Notes: generated by a model from the letters alone, not told the origin. Shown: positions 1-9,496, counted from the stretch's first letter. The stretch is DNA of 64,000 nt from Eubacteriales bacterium (GCA_050953105.1 JBMNMA010000007.1:130461-194460); one strand, 5' to 3'. Numbers and translations are program-made.

Positions 1-1
1 A

Positions 2-394
2 GACTGTATTCGTAACGTGCTTGTTTTGCGTGCTCTCGGGCTTTCGATAAGCGATATCCGAGAATTACAGAAGCAAGACGGGGATTTGCGCACGGCCATC
101 GAGCTGAACAAAGCGAGAATATATGCACTTATTGCGGACAAGGTCAGAACTTTGAATCTTCTGAACGAGGCGCTGCAAGTGATCGAAAACGGCGGCGACA
201 TATTCAATAACTCCAGAAAAAACATTTCAGTTATTACTGAAGAAACGAAAGAAATATTAAAGATTTGCACCAAAGCGATAATCGAAGGCGACGAAAACAC
301 TCTATATCGTTTTCTTGGCGAGAAAATACAGGCATATATGCCGAAGAAAGCGTTTGCGAGAGTCAGAGGAAGATACGCTGCAACCGCTCGGTGA
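2..394 (+). CDS. MerR-family transcriptional regulator, C-terminal part (5' end outside window)
   Basis: The frame is open from the window edge. LRALGLSISDIRELQ resembles the end of a MerR HTH/wing and is followed by a long helical dimerisation-like stretch. Stop at 392-394. Confidence 0.5.
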   Translation, partial: DCIRNVLVLRALGLSISDIRELQKQDGDLRTAIELNKARIYALIADKVRTLNLLNEALQVIENGGDIFNNSRKNISVITEETKEILKICTKAIIEGDENTLYRFLGEKIQAYMPKKAFARVRGRYAATAR

Positions 395-552
395 TTTTGT
401 GTCGATCGAAAATCAATACCCGGATGACAACTATCCGAACGTTATTTATCATAATATACGGTATAAAAACCTCGGTTTACGTATCAAATACGTTTTCCAC
501 TCAGATAAGATCACTGGGCTATGGTTCAATTATTATGAGATTTGAGGTGTCT

Positions 553-1895
553 ATGAGAAAAACGTTTATAATACTTGCCATAACCGCAATTTTATTAACG
601 TCGTGTGGTTTGCAAAACGGAATCGAAAATACAGAACAGACGACGACAACCTCCGATATTACTGGTGATACCAACACAGAGCTGTCGGAAAATGAACCCC
701 CGAGCACGCCTAAGACCAATAAGGAACTGTATTCATTTTTGCTTGAAGCATGGAAAAATGACCGTATTTCCGATTGTTACAAGTACGTATCGGCAGAACT
801 CGGTTCTCTTGTCGATAAAACCGCGTTTTTACGCATTTTTAGCGAGATGACCGATACTTTCGGGCAAATCACTGGATTCACCGATGGAATTCAGACTGTC
901 GATTTCCGGTTATGACGTTTTTCGGTGTAAAGTAACGCTCGATCACGCGGAAGTCGAGCTTACAATATCAATAAAAGATCTGCAAATTGCCGGAATAACG
1001 CAGGATACACGCTTTACAGGCCCTTTTGATAAAGAATCTGGTGACGGGATCACGGAGAGGTATTTTTTGCTTGAAAGCGGAGAATACGTTCTGAACGCGG
1101 TTTATACTTTCTGTGACGAAATTTCTTCTCCCACAGTGCTTCTTATTCCCGGCTCCGGCCCGTGCGACTATAATGAAACTATTGGATTATTAACTCCTTT
1201 TAAGGATATTGCTCTTGGCTTGGCGATGAATGGCGTCAATTCTCTGAGATTTGAAAAACGGACAAACCGGTATCCTGACAGCTTTACGGTAAAAAGCGGG
1301 CTTGATGAAGAATACTTTGAAGATTGCAAAGCAGCAGCCGCATGGCTTGAAAAGCAGGAGCGGACAAACGGAGTTTATCTGCTCGGGCATAGTCTCGGAG
1401 GACAGATCGCGGCGGCATTGGCAAAGAACGTCGGCGCAAAAGGGGATCATACTTTTCAACAGTTCGGCTCGCCACCTTGCAGATATTGCAAAAGATCAAT
1501 ACTCCGTACTTGACCCGTCAAATAAAACTGCTTATGAACAATACGCGCAAGCGGCGAAAGAAGCGACTGCGAGCAAGGCAAAAGGATTGTACTATTACGG
1601 TGTTACAGATTATTATTGGGCAAGTTATAATGAAATCAATGTGATCGAATCGCTGAAAAATGCAGGCGTTCCCGTTTTGATCATAAACAGTCTGACAGAT
1701 AATCAATCTTTTCCCGAAGATCTTGAACTTTGGGAAAAGGAATTGTCGGATGCAGAACAATTCACCGTTAAGGTTTACGACGACATAAGTCATTACGGGT
1801 ATAAGATCGACACGAATAACACCGCGTCACTATATAAGCCCGCAGAATTCCCAACCGAACTGATAGAAGATTACTTAAGCATAATTAAGCAATAA
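553..1895 (+). pseudogene. Lipoprotein alpha/beta hydrolase disrupted by two +1 frameshifts
   Basis: Three consecutive ORFs in three frames (553-915, 884-1513, 1302-1895) read as one protein. It has a signal peptide with lipobox LLTSC, the nucleophile elbow GHSLGG, and a C-terminal hydrolase part with ISHYG. Removing one base near 906-908 (ttccgg) and one G in the G4 run at 1442-1445 restores a continuous frame. Confidence 0.7.
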
Positions 1896-1899
1896 AACT

Positions 1900-1926
1900 G
1901 AGGCGGGGAGTTGAGCTCCCCGCCTC
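1900..1926. terminator. Bidirectional hairpin between the convergent hydrolase pseudogene and tnpV
   Basis: An 11-bp GC-rich stem, gaggcggggag / ctccccgcctc, with loop ttgag. T-rich flanks are present in both orientations. Confidence 0.6.
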
Positions 1927-1933
1927 ATGCGTT

Positions 1934-2230
1934 TTATCGGTATATGATTTCGTTCAGCACGACTTCTTCGGCGCGGTTACGGATGTTGTTCATCCTGCGC
2001 ACCCATTCAAGCTGATCCGCGCGTTTGAGGGATTCCGTAACGCCTTCAGCCTTTGCGTATTGCAAGATGAGCGTTTCAAGCATTTCTGCCGCTTCCTGAT
2101 GGACCTCTTTGAGATAATTCTCCAAAGTGCCGTTCATACGCATAACGCCGACGGTGGACGGACGATTTTGCTTTAGAAACTCATAGTGCCTAAAGCCCCA
2201 TACTCCGATGTTTCCGATGTTCAGATTCAT
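1934..2230 (-). CDS. tnpV: TnpV-family transposon-associated protein (N-terminally short)
   Basis: The C-terminal two thirds, YAKAEGVTESLKRADQLEWVRRMNNIRNRAEEVVLNEIIY, match the TnpV pattern as I remember it from Clostridial Tn4451-like elements (MAKA.GV.E.LKA.D...WV..MNNI...AEE.VL.E..Y). I place the start at the ATG at 2230, which has GGAGG 8 nt upstream, rather than at 2251. Confidence 0.75.
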   Translation of the reverse strand: MNLNIGNIGVWGFRHYEFLKQNRPSTVGVMRMNGTLENYLKEVHQEAAEMLETLILQYAKAEGVTESLKRADQLEWVRRMNNIRNRAEEVVLNEIIYR

Positions 2231-2289
2231 TTTCTTGACCTCCGATTTCATTTTTTGTTTTTCTTGCCTGAGGTCAAATTCAGACTGCC

Positions 2290-2341
2290 GAAATAAACGA
2301 CAAATCCGAACCCAACGCCCGTCGGCTTTGGGTTCGGATTT
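2290..2341 (-). terminator. Rho-independent terminator downstream of tRNA-Leu
   Basis: A 13-bp stem, aaatccgaaccca (2302-2314) / tgggttcggattt (2329-2341), followed on the minus strand by gtcgtttatttc. Confidence 0.6.
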
Positions 2342-2349
2342 GTACTGTT

Positions 2350-2436
2350 TGGTGCGGGTAGCAGGACTTGAACCTGTAAGGAGTTGCCTCCACTAGATCC
2401 TGAATCTAGCGCGTCTGCCAATTCCGCCATACCCGC
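2350..2436 (-). tRNA. tRNA-Leu (anticodon CAG), encoded CCA, long variable arm
   Basis: The reverse complement reads gcgggta-tg-gcggaattggcagacgc-gctagattCAGgatctag-long variable arm-caggttcaagtcctg-tacccgc-a-cca. It is close to the E. coli tRNA-Leu(CAG) D and anticodon arms. Confidence 0.9.
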
Positions 2437-2488
2437 ATATTAATAATTGCTTTTTCTTTATGAAAACGCAATTATTGTTTTTACTTTA

Positions 2489-2971
2489 TCAACTAAAACT
2501 AACTGTTTTTGCCCATTCTTTGAATTTGTCGGCAAACTTGTCGTAATCTTCTTTCAAACAGGCAAACTGAACAAGCCAGAAGGCATCTGTTGCCTTATAC
2601 ACCGTGCAGAAGTAGCTGTAATCATTACCGTTGGCGCTGTTATCAAAAACAAAGTAGGTAAGTCCGTCTTCGGTCTGAATCGTTGCAGCCTTTTGACCGT
2701 TCTCAATCACAAGCTGACAGTATTCGTTAAGCGTGTAATCCGAAAAGCCTTCCAGAAGGGTAAATTCCTCTTTCAGCGTAAAAACAAGGGCGTCCTCAGA
2801 CATATAATAAGATGTGAAGGGAACCTGCTTGCCTTCGGTAAAATCGCTTGTCAAGGTAATGGACATTCCGGCTTTTGTAAAGGTTTTCGGCTCTGCTTCT
2901 TTGAATAAAAATGAACAGCCAGATAAAAAAAGTGCGAGAACAAGGGTCAATGCCAATGATGTTTTTTTCAT
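2489..2971 (-). CDS. Hypothetical lipoprotein
   Basis: Signal peptide MKKTSLALTLVLALFLSGC with a lipobox. The ORF is clean and no family was recognised. Confidence 0.65.
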   Translation of the reverse strand: MKKTSLALTLVLALFLSGCSFLFKEAEPKTFTKAGMSITLTSDFTEGKQVPFTSYYMSEDALVFTLKEEFTLLEGFSDYTLNEYCQLVIENGQKAATIQTEDGLTYFVFDNSANGNDYSYFCTVYKATDAFWLVQFACLKEDYDKFADKFKEWAKTVSFS

Positions 2972-3081
2972 AATATAGCCCGCCCCGTTTATTTTATTTT
3001 ATTTGTGTTCTTGTCTCTTAGTAAAAGAAACAAAGCCACAAAAGCTGCCGATATTATTACCTTGGTGTTTTGACGACATGT

Positions 3082-3110
3082 ATATTACCACAACGCATTC
3101 GATTTGTCAA
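3082..3110 (-). promoter_or_regulatory. Sigma-A type promoter for the lipoprotein gene
   Basis: The minus strand reads ttgaca-17 nt-taatat with tg one base upstream of the -10. Confidence 0.45.
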
Positions 3111-3150
3111 GCATAAATAAACGGTCTGCCGTTACAATTTTATACAAAAG

Positions 3151-3173
3151 GGGACAGGCCTTTAGCCTGTCCC
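3151..3173. terminator. Hairpin terminator downstream of the sortase gene (also usable in + orientation)
   Basis: A 9-bp stem, gggacaggc / gcctgtccc, with a 5-nt loop. It is flanked by caaaag on the left and gtgttttt on the right. Confidence 0.6.
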
Positions 3174-3182
3174 GTGTTTTTA

Positions 3183-4262
3183 TTAGCTGTAATAAACTAT
3201 TTTTGTCAGTATTCCGTGGACGACATAGCGTTCATCGGGTTTTGACTTAACGTTGGTGCAGGTGGAAAGGGTAATTATGCGGGAACTTGTGTCAAAGGGC
3301 AGGTTCCGCTTTAACACCGACTTTTTCTGGATGGATTTTAAAAAATCAAGATATTTGGCATTGTTTGCAAAGGAAACGGTTATAAAGTCGGCGCCTGTGG
3401 AACGGTAGGCAGCAAATATTTCATAAACATAAACCGCATCCGGAGTAAAAATTTCAATGGTTATCTGTTCTGCGGTGGAGTTGCGGGTCGGGGAATTAAA
3501 CCATTCGGCAATTGCCCCGAACATTGATCCGTCCGTCATGCAATGGCCGTAAAAAACCGTGTTGAAGTTTGTTTTATGGTTATATGAGTTTCTAAAGTCG
3601 GCAAAAATGGCGCCTGCCGCATTGTTTTCCTTTATGAAATTCTTTTTCAGATAATACTCGTTGTTGTCGGCCGACTTTACAATGGGGTAATCTATGGCAA
3701 GCATTCCGCCCCTAAAGCGGATCCAGCCGTAAATATCGCTGTTTTTTGCCTTAAGCTCCATAATGTTATAACGGATCAATTCGTATTTACCGGTGGGATC
3801 CACTTCAAAGTAGGTGGGATCCTCCTCGGCAACGCCAAGAGCGTCATAAAGCGTCAAGGCGGAAGGAACGGTGTTGGTTTTGGGAACCCTGGGAACCACA
3901 GGCTGTTCGTGGTTTTCCCTTAGCTCTTCCATTAGTTTTTGCTCCTCAATGCTTTCGATAACCCGGTCGGCTATGGCGTAAACGCAATACATAAACATGG
4001 ATGCGCAGGCTACAAGCAAAGCCATTCTGACAAAAAACATTCCGTTGATTATTGAATTCTTTTTGCCGCTGAAGGCGGGTTTGATTTTGGTTAAATCAAA
4101 TTCCTCCACTGTTTCCTCAAAGGAGGCTTTGGTAAGACCGGCTATATTGCCGGCATTTTCGTCTGCTTTGGCATAATCGGCTGAATTGATTTCAATCGTA
4201 TCGCCAAAATCGGCTGCATCAAACACTTCGTCGAAGTTTCCGCTGGTGTTTTCGGTTGCCAC
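3183..4262 (-). CDS. srtB: Class B sortase with a long acidic N-terminal extension and a TM anchor
   Basis: Motifs IYGWIRF...IDYPIV, FYGHCMTDGSMFG and the catalytic TLSTC. A TM helix, MFFVRMALLVACASMFMYCVYAI, follows about 75 acidic residues. Confidence 0.85.
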   Translation of the reverse strand: MATENTSGNFDEVFDAADFGDTIEINSADYAKADENAGNIAGLTKASFEETVEEFDLTKIKPAFSGKKNSIINGMFFVRMALLVACASMFMYCVYAIADRVIESIEEQKLMEELRENHEQPVVPRVPKTNTVPSALTLYDALGVAEEDPTYFEVDPTGKYELIRYNIMELKAKNSDIYGWIRFRGGMLAIDYPIVKSADNNEYYLKKNFIKENNAAGAIFADFRNSYNHKTNFNTVFYGHCMTDGSMFGAIAEWFNSPTRNSTAEQITIEIFTPDAVYVYEIFAAYRSTGADFITVSFANNAKYLDFLKSIQKKSVLKRNLPFDTSSRIITLSTCTNVKSKPDERYVVHGILTKIVYYS

Positions 4263-4383
4263 GAACTAATCCTCCCTGGATAGAATGTTGATGCTATTAT
4301 ATAAATATTATACAATTTTATCAAGGTATTTACTTAAAAATTTTAAGATTCGTTACAAAAGACACGATTTCGGAAAAAGCTGT

Positions 4384-4411
4384 TGACAAATGCCAATATT
4401 AGTATAAAATA
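4384..4411 (+). promoter_or_regulatory. Putative sigma-A promoter of tig
   Basis: ttgaca (4384-4389), 16-nt spacer, taaaat (4406-4411), about 50 nt upstream of the tig ATG. Confidence 0.5.
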
Positions 4412-4458
4412 ATATAGATACGATATTTGTTTTATGATATAACGGAGGAAAAAATTTA

Positions 4459-5763
4459 ATGGAAAATGTTAAAGAGATAGGCGCCAACCATGTTGAGCTT
4501 ACCTTAAAAATTGAAAAACCCGCATTTGACGATGCGGTTATGAAGGCATACAAAAGAAACGTGTCAAAAATTAATATACCGGGTTTCCGCAAGGGAAAGG
4601 CCCCCAAGGCTATTATCGAAAAAATGTATGGCCAGTCCTTCTTTTATGACGAAGCCCTTGACAACCTGCTTCCCGACGTTTATTCAAAAGCAGTTGACGA
4701 GGCCGGCTTAAAAGTGGTATCCCGTCCCGAAATCGACGTGGTATCCATTGACGAAAACGGCGTTGTCCTCACCGCCAAGGTTTATACCAAGCCCACGGCA
4801 AAGGTTACTAACTACAAGGGACTTGAAGCCGAAAAAGAAGAAGTTGTGGTTACCGACGAAGATATCGACAACGAAATCATGGTTGTCAGAAAACGCAACT
4901 CCCGTCTGCTTACCGTAACCGACCGTCCTGCCGAAAACGGGGACAAGGTGGTTATTGACTTTGAAGGCTTTTTAGACAGCACTCCCTTTGAGGGCGGCAA
5001 GGCCGAAAATCAGACAGTAGCTTTGGGTTCGGGGACCTTTATCCCCGGCTTTGAGGAACAGATTGTCGGCCACTCCACCGGTGAAACCTTTGACATTACC
5101 GTCAGATTCCCCGAAGACTACGGCGCCGAACATCTTGCCGGCAAGGACGCAACCTTCAAGATAACCCTTCACGAAATAAAGAAAGAAGAAATACCCGAAC
5201 TTGACGACGATTTTGTCAAAGAAGTATCCGAAACCCTTGACACAGTTGATGCATATAAGGCCGATATCAAGGCGAAAATAACCGAAAGACGGGAAAAAGC
5301 CAACGACAGAGCCTTTGAGGAAAAGATAATTGATGCCCTTCTCGCCAATACCGAGGTGGAAATCCCCGCTCCCATGATCGATGCCGAAGTTGAACAGGAA
5401 ATATCCGACTTTGACTACAGATTAAGAGCTCAGGGCGGCAACCTTGATATGTATTACAAATACACCGGCACCACCGAAGCCAATCTTAAGGAAACCTTCC
5501 GTTCCCAGGCTGAAAGACGTGTACGCACCCGCCTTGCTCTTGAAGCGGTAATCGCCGCCGAAGGCATTGCCCCCACTGCCGAGGAAATCGAAGAAGAATA
5601 CAACAAGATAGCCGAAAACTATAAGATAGAAGTTGAAAAGGTTAAGGCATCCTTAAAGGAAAAGGATATAACCGAGGACATCAACTACCGCAAAGCCGTT
5701 GATTTTGTTAAGTCCAACGCAGTTGCGGTTAAACCCCAGCCCAAGGCAGAAAGCAACGAATAG
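4459..5763 (+). CDS. tig: Trigger factor
   Basis: The N-terminal ribosome-binding motif is GFRKGKAP and there is an FKBP-type PPIase core. Position upstream of clpP-clpX is conserved. Confidence 0.95.
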   Translation: MENVKEIGANHVELTLKIEKPAFDDAVMKAYKRNVSKINIPGFRKGKAPKAIIEKMYGQSFFYDEALDNLLPDVYSKAVDEAGLKVVSRPEIDVVSIDENGVVLTAKVYTKPTAKVTNYKGLEAEKEEVVVTDEDIDNEIMVVRKRNSRLLTVTDRPAENGDKVVIDFEGFLDSTPFEGGKAENQTVALGSGTFIPGFEEQIVGHSTGETFDITVRFPEDYGAEHLAGKDATFKITLHEIKKEEIPELDDDFVKEVSETLDTVDAYKADIKAKITERREKANDRAFEEKIIDALLANTEVEIPAPMIDAEVEQEISDFDYRLRAQGGNLDMYYKYTGTTEANLKETFRSQAERRVRTRLALEAVIAAEGIAPTAEEIEEEYNKIAENYKIEVEKVKASLKEKDITEDINYRKAVDFVKSNAVAVKPQPKAESNE

Positions 5764-5804
5764 TTTTATACAGTTAATTACGACTACGGAAAGAAGGTAG
5801 ATTT

Positions 5805-6389
5805 ATGCCACTGGTTCCAATGGTTATCGAGCAAACCAACAGAGGCGAACGCTCATACGACATATTTTCAAGGCTGTTAAACGACAGGATTGTGTTTATA
5901 GGCGACGAGATCAACGACGCCACCGCATCCCTGGTTGTGGCCCAGCTGCTGTATCTTGAGGCCCAGGATCCGGACAAAGACATTTTCCTTTATATAAACT
6001 CCCCCGGCGGGTCAATAACCAGCGGCATGGCCATTTACGACACCATGAATTTTATAAAATGCGATGTTTCCACCATCTGCGTGGGCATGGCGGCGTCGAT
6101 GGCGGCCTTCCTGCTGGCGGCGGGAACCAAGGGAAAGCGTATTGCCCTTCCCAATTCCGAAATCCTCATTCACCAGCCATTAGGCGGAATGCAGGGCCAG
6201 GCGACGGATATTAAAATCCACGCCGAAAGGATTATAAAGATAAAAGAAAAGTTAAACCGAATTCTTGCCGAAAAAACCGGACAGACCTATGAACGCATCT
6301 GCGCCGACACCGAAAGGGACAACTTCCTTGACCCCATGGCGGCCCTTGAATACGGACTGATAGACAAAGTTTTAGAAAAAAGGCAGTAG
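5805..6389 (+). CDS. clpP: ATP-dependent Clp protease proteolytic subunit
   Basis: [18 protein letters not shown] and GMAASMAA (catalytic Ser region); 194 aa. Confidence 0.97.
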   Translation: MPLVPMVIEQTNRGERSYDIFSRLLNDRIVFIGDEINDATASLVVAQLLYLEAQDPDKDIFLYINSPGGSITSGMAIYDTMNFIKCDVSTICVGMAASMAAFLLAAGTKGKRIALPNSEILIHQPLGGMQGQATDIKIHAERIIKIKEKLNRILAEKTGQTYERICADTERDNFLDPMAALEYGLIDKVLEKRQ

Positions 6390-6392
6390 TTA

Positions 6393-7637
6393 ATGGAAAA
6401 CAACAAGAATACCGGTAAAAACTGCGCCTTCTGCGGCAGATACACCGAAAACCCCGTCAAGCTTAAAATAGAGGGACGGAACATGGAATTTTGCAACGAC
6501 TGCATTTCCATCTGCACGGCCATAACCTACGAATACGAGGACATGATGGCCGATAAGACGGGCAAGGTTAAGCAAAAGCCCATACCCCTCCTTAAACCTG
6601 CCGAAATCAAGGCAAAGCTTGACGAATATGTAGTAGGGCAGGAGGATGCCAAAATCTCCCTGTCGGTAGCGGTTTACAACCACTACAAGCGTATCAACTC
6701 CCTTCTGGCAAAGCCCAAAAAGAAGGGCGAGGAACAGCCGGCGGACGACGTAAAGCTTTCAAAGTCAAACGTGCTGCTGCTCGGCCCCACCGGGGTGGGT
6801 AAAACCCTGCTTGCCCAGACACTGGCGGATATATTGTCCGTTCCCTTTGCCATAGCCGATGCCACCACCCTTACCGAGGCAGGCTATGTGGGCGAGGACG
6901 TGGAAAACATTCTGCTTAAGCTGATTCAGGCTGCCGACTATGATATATCCAAAGCGGAGCGGGGAATAATTTATATCGACGAAATCGACAAAATTTCCCG
7001 CAAGTCTGAAAACCGCTCCATCACCCGGGACGTGTCGGGTGAGGGCGTTCAGCAGGCGCTTTTGAAAATTCTTGAAGGGACGGTTTCAAATGTCCCCCCA
7101 CAGGGCGGCAGAAAGCACCCCAATCAGGAATTTATACAGATAGACACCACAAATATACTGTTCATCTGCGGCGGAGCCTTTGACGGCCTTGAAAAAATCG
7201 TGGAAGAACGCTTAGGCAAGCAGTCGATAGGCTATTTGTCAAGCGTTTTGACAAAAGAGGAACGGACAAAGTCCCAGGTGTTAAAGGACGTAACCCCCCA
7301 CGACCTGGTGAAGTTCGGCATCATCCCCGAACTGGTGGGAAGACTGCCCATAGTAACCTCCCTTGATCCTCTTGACCGGCAGGCTTTGGTGAGAATACTC
7401 ACCGAACCCAAAAACGCCCTTGTCAAACAGTATGCCAAGCTTATGGAAATGGACGGCGTAAAGCTGGAATTTGAAAGGGAAGCCCTTGAGAAGATGGCGG
7501 ACAAGGCCATTACCCTCAACACCGGCGCCAGAGGACTCAGGAGCATAATCGAAAAAGTTATGCTTGGCTTTATGTTCTCCGTCCCATCCAGCACTGATAT
7601 TAAGGAACTTAAAATCACCGCAGAAATGATTGCATAA
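6393..7637 (+). CDS. clpX: ATP-dependent Clp protease ATP-binding subunit ClpX
   Basis: N-terminal zinc ribbon CAFCG...CNDC, Walker A GPTGVGKT, Walker [10 protein letters not shown], and GARGLR near the C-terminus. Confidence 0.97.
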   Translation: MENNKNTGKNCAFCGRYTENPVKLKIEGRNMEFCNDCISICTAITYEYEDMMADKTGKVKQKPIPLLKPAEIKAKLDEYVVGQEDAKISLSVAVYNHYKRINSLLAKPKKKGEEQPADDVKLSKSNVLLLGPTGVGKTLLAQTLADILSVPFAIADATTLTEAGYVGEDVENILLKLIQAADYDISKAERGIIYIDEIDKISRKSENRSITRDVSGEGVQQALLKILEGTVSNVPPQGGRKHPNQEFIQIDTTNILFICGGAFDGLEKIVEERLGKQSIGYLSSVLTKEERTKSQVLKDVTPHDLVKFGIIPELVGRLPIVTSLDPLDRQALVRILTEPKNALVKQYAKLMEMDGVKLEFEREALEKMADKAITLNTGARGLRSIIEKVMLGFMFSVPSSTDIKELKITAEMIA

Positions 7638-7640
7638 TCA

Positions 7641-7670
7641 AAACCCGTGGAAATCTTCCACGGGTTTTTT
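7641..7670 (+). terminator. Rho-independent terminator of clpX
   Basis: Stem aaacccgtgg / ccacgggttt followed by a T-run. Confidence 0.8.
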
Positions 7671-7716
7671 GATGTTTAATTTAAGGCAAATACAATAATA
7701 CAACCAGAAGCATTAT

Positions 7717-8976
7717 TCAATTATTTAAAAATATATAAATCGGCCCTATTATTTTTTCGCCTTCTATTGTTATTACAATACGGTTTGATTGGGTGCTAAC
7801 ATGGTAATCTGTTCCTAAGTTGAGGTAAGTGTCTTGTACCTCGATATATGATACCAGCTCTTTAGGATTACTAAAAGAACCATTAATGTAAAAGGTATAG
7901 TTTTCTCCCTCATATACCAAGAAACCGCCGTTTCTATCTAATGAAATTACACCATTTGCGTCCTCAACGGAATTAATACCAGAAAGGCTACTTAAAACGA
8001 TCTGATGTGTCTTCCTTTTTGCTTCTACCGATATCTCAACATCACCTGTTATAACCCCCCCTGGAATGGTGAGGGTGCCGGTTTCGGTGTTCCACATGTA
8101 TTCGTTGGCGGCAAGGGTAAAACCTGCAACCTTTACTGAAATAACCGAACCTTTAAGCTCGTAATACTTATCAGGAACAAAGGTTAGTTGTAAATCGTCA
8201 TCGGGTAAAATTTCGCCACCGGGGCTGTTTACTTGACAGTTTGCAGCTTTAATGATATACGAAAACTTCTCGGGTTGTTCAGGTGAATTTGAAGCATTGT
8301 CGGGTAACTCATGCAAAATATCGGAATTATCATCAGTATCAGATATATCCGGAGCATTTTCTGTAACATCTGATATGTTGTCCGAAACCTCCGGGGTATC
8401 GTCCAAGTTCTCCGGGACGGCAATCAAATCAAGTGTTTTTACAGCAGTTCCGGCGAAAACCGATGTTGACTTTATGTTTGAAGTAGGTGCGATATCTATA
8501 TCGGTGCTAAATGCAAAATAATACTCCCCATTATCGGTTTTAACACAGCCAAAATTGGTGCATTGGCAAACTATTCCGTCCACGGTAACCGTAAGGGGAT
8601 TACGGGGAGAGGAGCATAGGGCATCTGCTATTTCGTTTATAACCTCATTTGCGCCTGACGACACCCAAAGGGTTATGTTTTCGCCACCCATGTCAATATG
8701 CCCGGCAGGTATTATTTCATAAAGACCGCCATTAAAATATCCAAAAGTATAACCGTTGTTTTTCATGACAACTCCATCCGGCAGACCCTGCCCGGTGGAA
8801 GCAATATATTCGGCATTTAGCAGGTTGAGGGTATTTTTTACCTCATTTAAAGCAGATGTATACTCCGCCTTTGCAATAATACCGTTGAAAACGGGAACAA
8901 GAACACCGGCAAGCAGAGCAATGATGGCAATAACAACAACCAGTTCGACAATTGTAAACCCTTTGAATTTCTTCAT
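7717..8976 (-). CDS. Large prepilin-type N-terminal cleavage/methylation domain protein (orphan pilin-like)
   Basis: The N-terminus is MKKFKG|FTIVELVVVIAIIALLAGVLVP, a class III signal with Glu at +5. An acidic linker, DDTPEVSDNISDVTENAPDISDTDDNSD, follows, then beta-rich C-terminal domains. Start is at the ATG at 8976 (GGGAG RBS), not 9027. Confidence 0.75.
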   Translation of the reverse strand: MKKFKGFTIVELVVVIAIIALLAGVLVPVFNGIIAKAEYTSALNEVKNTLNLLNAEYIASTGQGLPDGVVMKNNGYTFGYFNGGLYEIIPAGHIDMGGENITLWVSSGANEVINEIADALCSSPRNPLTVTVDGIVCQCTNFGCVKTDNGEYYFAFSTDIDIAPTSNIKSTSVFAGTAVKTLDLIAVPENLDDTPEVSDNISDVTENAPDISDTDDNSDILHELPDNASNSPEQPEKFSYIIKAANCQVNSPGGEILPDDDLQLTFVPDKYYELKGSVISVKVAGFTLAANEYMWNTETGTLTIPGGVITGDVEISVEAKRKTHQIVLSSLSGINSVEDANGVISLDRNGGFLVYEGENYTFYINGSFSNPKELVSYIEVQDTYLNLGTDYHVSTQSNRIVITIEGEKIIGPIYIFLNN

Positions 8977-9164
8977 ACATAACTCCCAATTTATGTAATA
9001 TATGTTATATACAACAAAAAAATCCAAAAATCAATAGATAACGACAAAAAATCTATATAAAAATGTAATCAATTCATAATATCCTGTCCGACTGTTGTTG
9101 ATTTGTTGATATTTGAGAGAAACACCAACAGATACCGCTTGATTGTTTCCATAAAAAATTTTTA

Positions 9165-9194
9165 TTGCAAACACTCCGTTTAATATATTATAAT
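9165..9194 (+). promoter_or_regulatory. Putative promoter of the Cys-rich small protein gene
   Basis: ttgcaa, 18-nt spacer, tataat (9189-9194). Confidence 0.4.
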
Positions 9195-9225
9195 ATTTTA
9201 ACAATAACTTTTAGGAGGGAACATC

Positions 9226-9420
9226 ATGGCTTGCGACAATACCGTAAAATGTCCCTGCACTTATCCCTGCCACCGGAAGGGAAAATGCTGTCAATGCGTG
9301 GCATACCACCGAAAATACGGGGAGGTCCCCGGCTGTTTCTTTTCAAAAGAAGGGGAGCAAACCTACGACAGATCGGTAGAAAACCTGTATAGCGATATCA
9401 AAGCCGGCAAAAACCGTTAG
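9226..9420 (+). CDS. Small Cys-rich protein (DUF6485-like)
   Basis: Seven Cys fall within CDNTVKCPCTYPCHRKGKCCQCVAYH and an eighth lies in PGCFF. The pattern fits my memory of the DUF6485 family. The RBS is AGGAGG. Confidence 0.6.
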   Translation: MACDNTVKCPCTYPCHRKGKCCQCVAYHRKYGEVPGCFFSKEGEQTYDRSVENLYSDIKAGKNR

Positions 9421-9496
9421 ATTTATCCGCCGCTGATAATATTTGCCGAATATGCAGGATGTTTGAATTATAATAAAAACCACCAAAGGAGGGCGT

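Larger units (their letters stand above)
1..2349. mobile_element. Possible terminal remnant of an integrated mobile element flanking tRNA-Leu (MerR fragment, decayed hydrolase, tnpV)
   Basis: A TnpV-family gene sits directly downstream of the tRNA-Leu 3' end and next to a frameshifted cargo-like gene. No integrase, transposase or att repeat is visible, and the element would extend beyond the window. Confidence 0.25.

Noticed and set aside
884-1513. Programmed ribosomal frameshifting as an explanation for the split hydrolase.
   Set aside because: Two separate shifts would be required. There are no slippery heptamers or downstream stimulatory structures at either site, and the second lies in a simple G4 run. 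Decay or a sequencing error is more parsimonious.
2208-2430. ORFs 2208-2396 (+) and 2248-2430 (-) across the tRNA-Leu region.
   Set aside because: They are explained entirely by the tRNA gene and its terminator hairpin.
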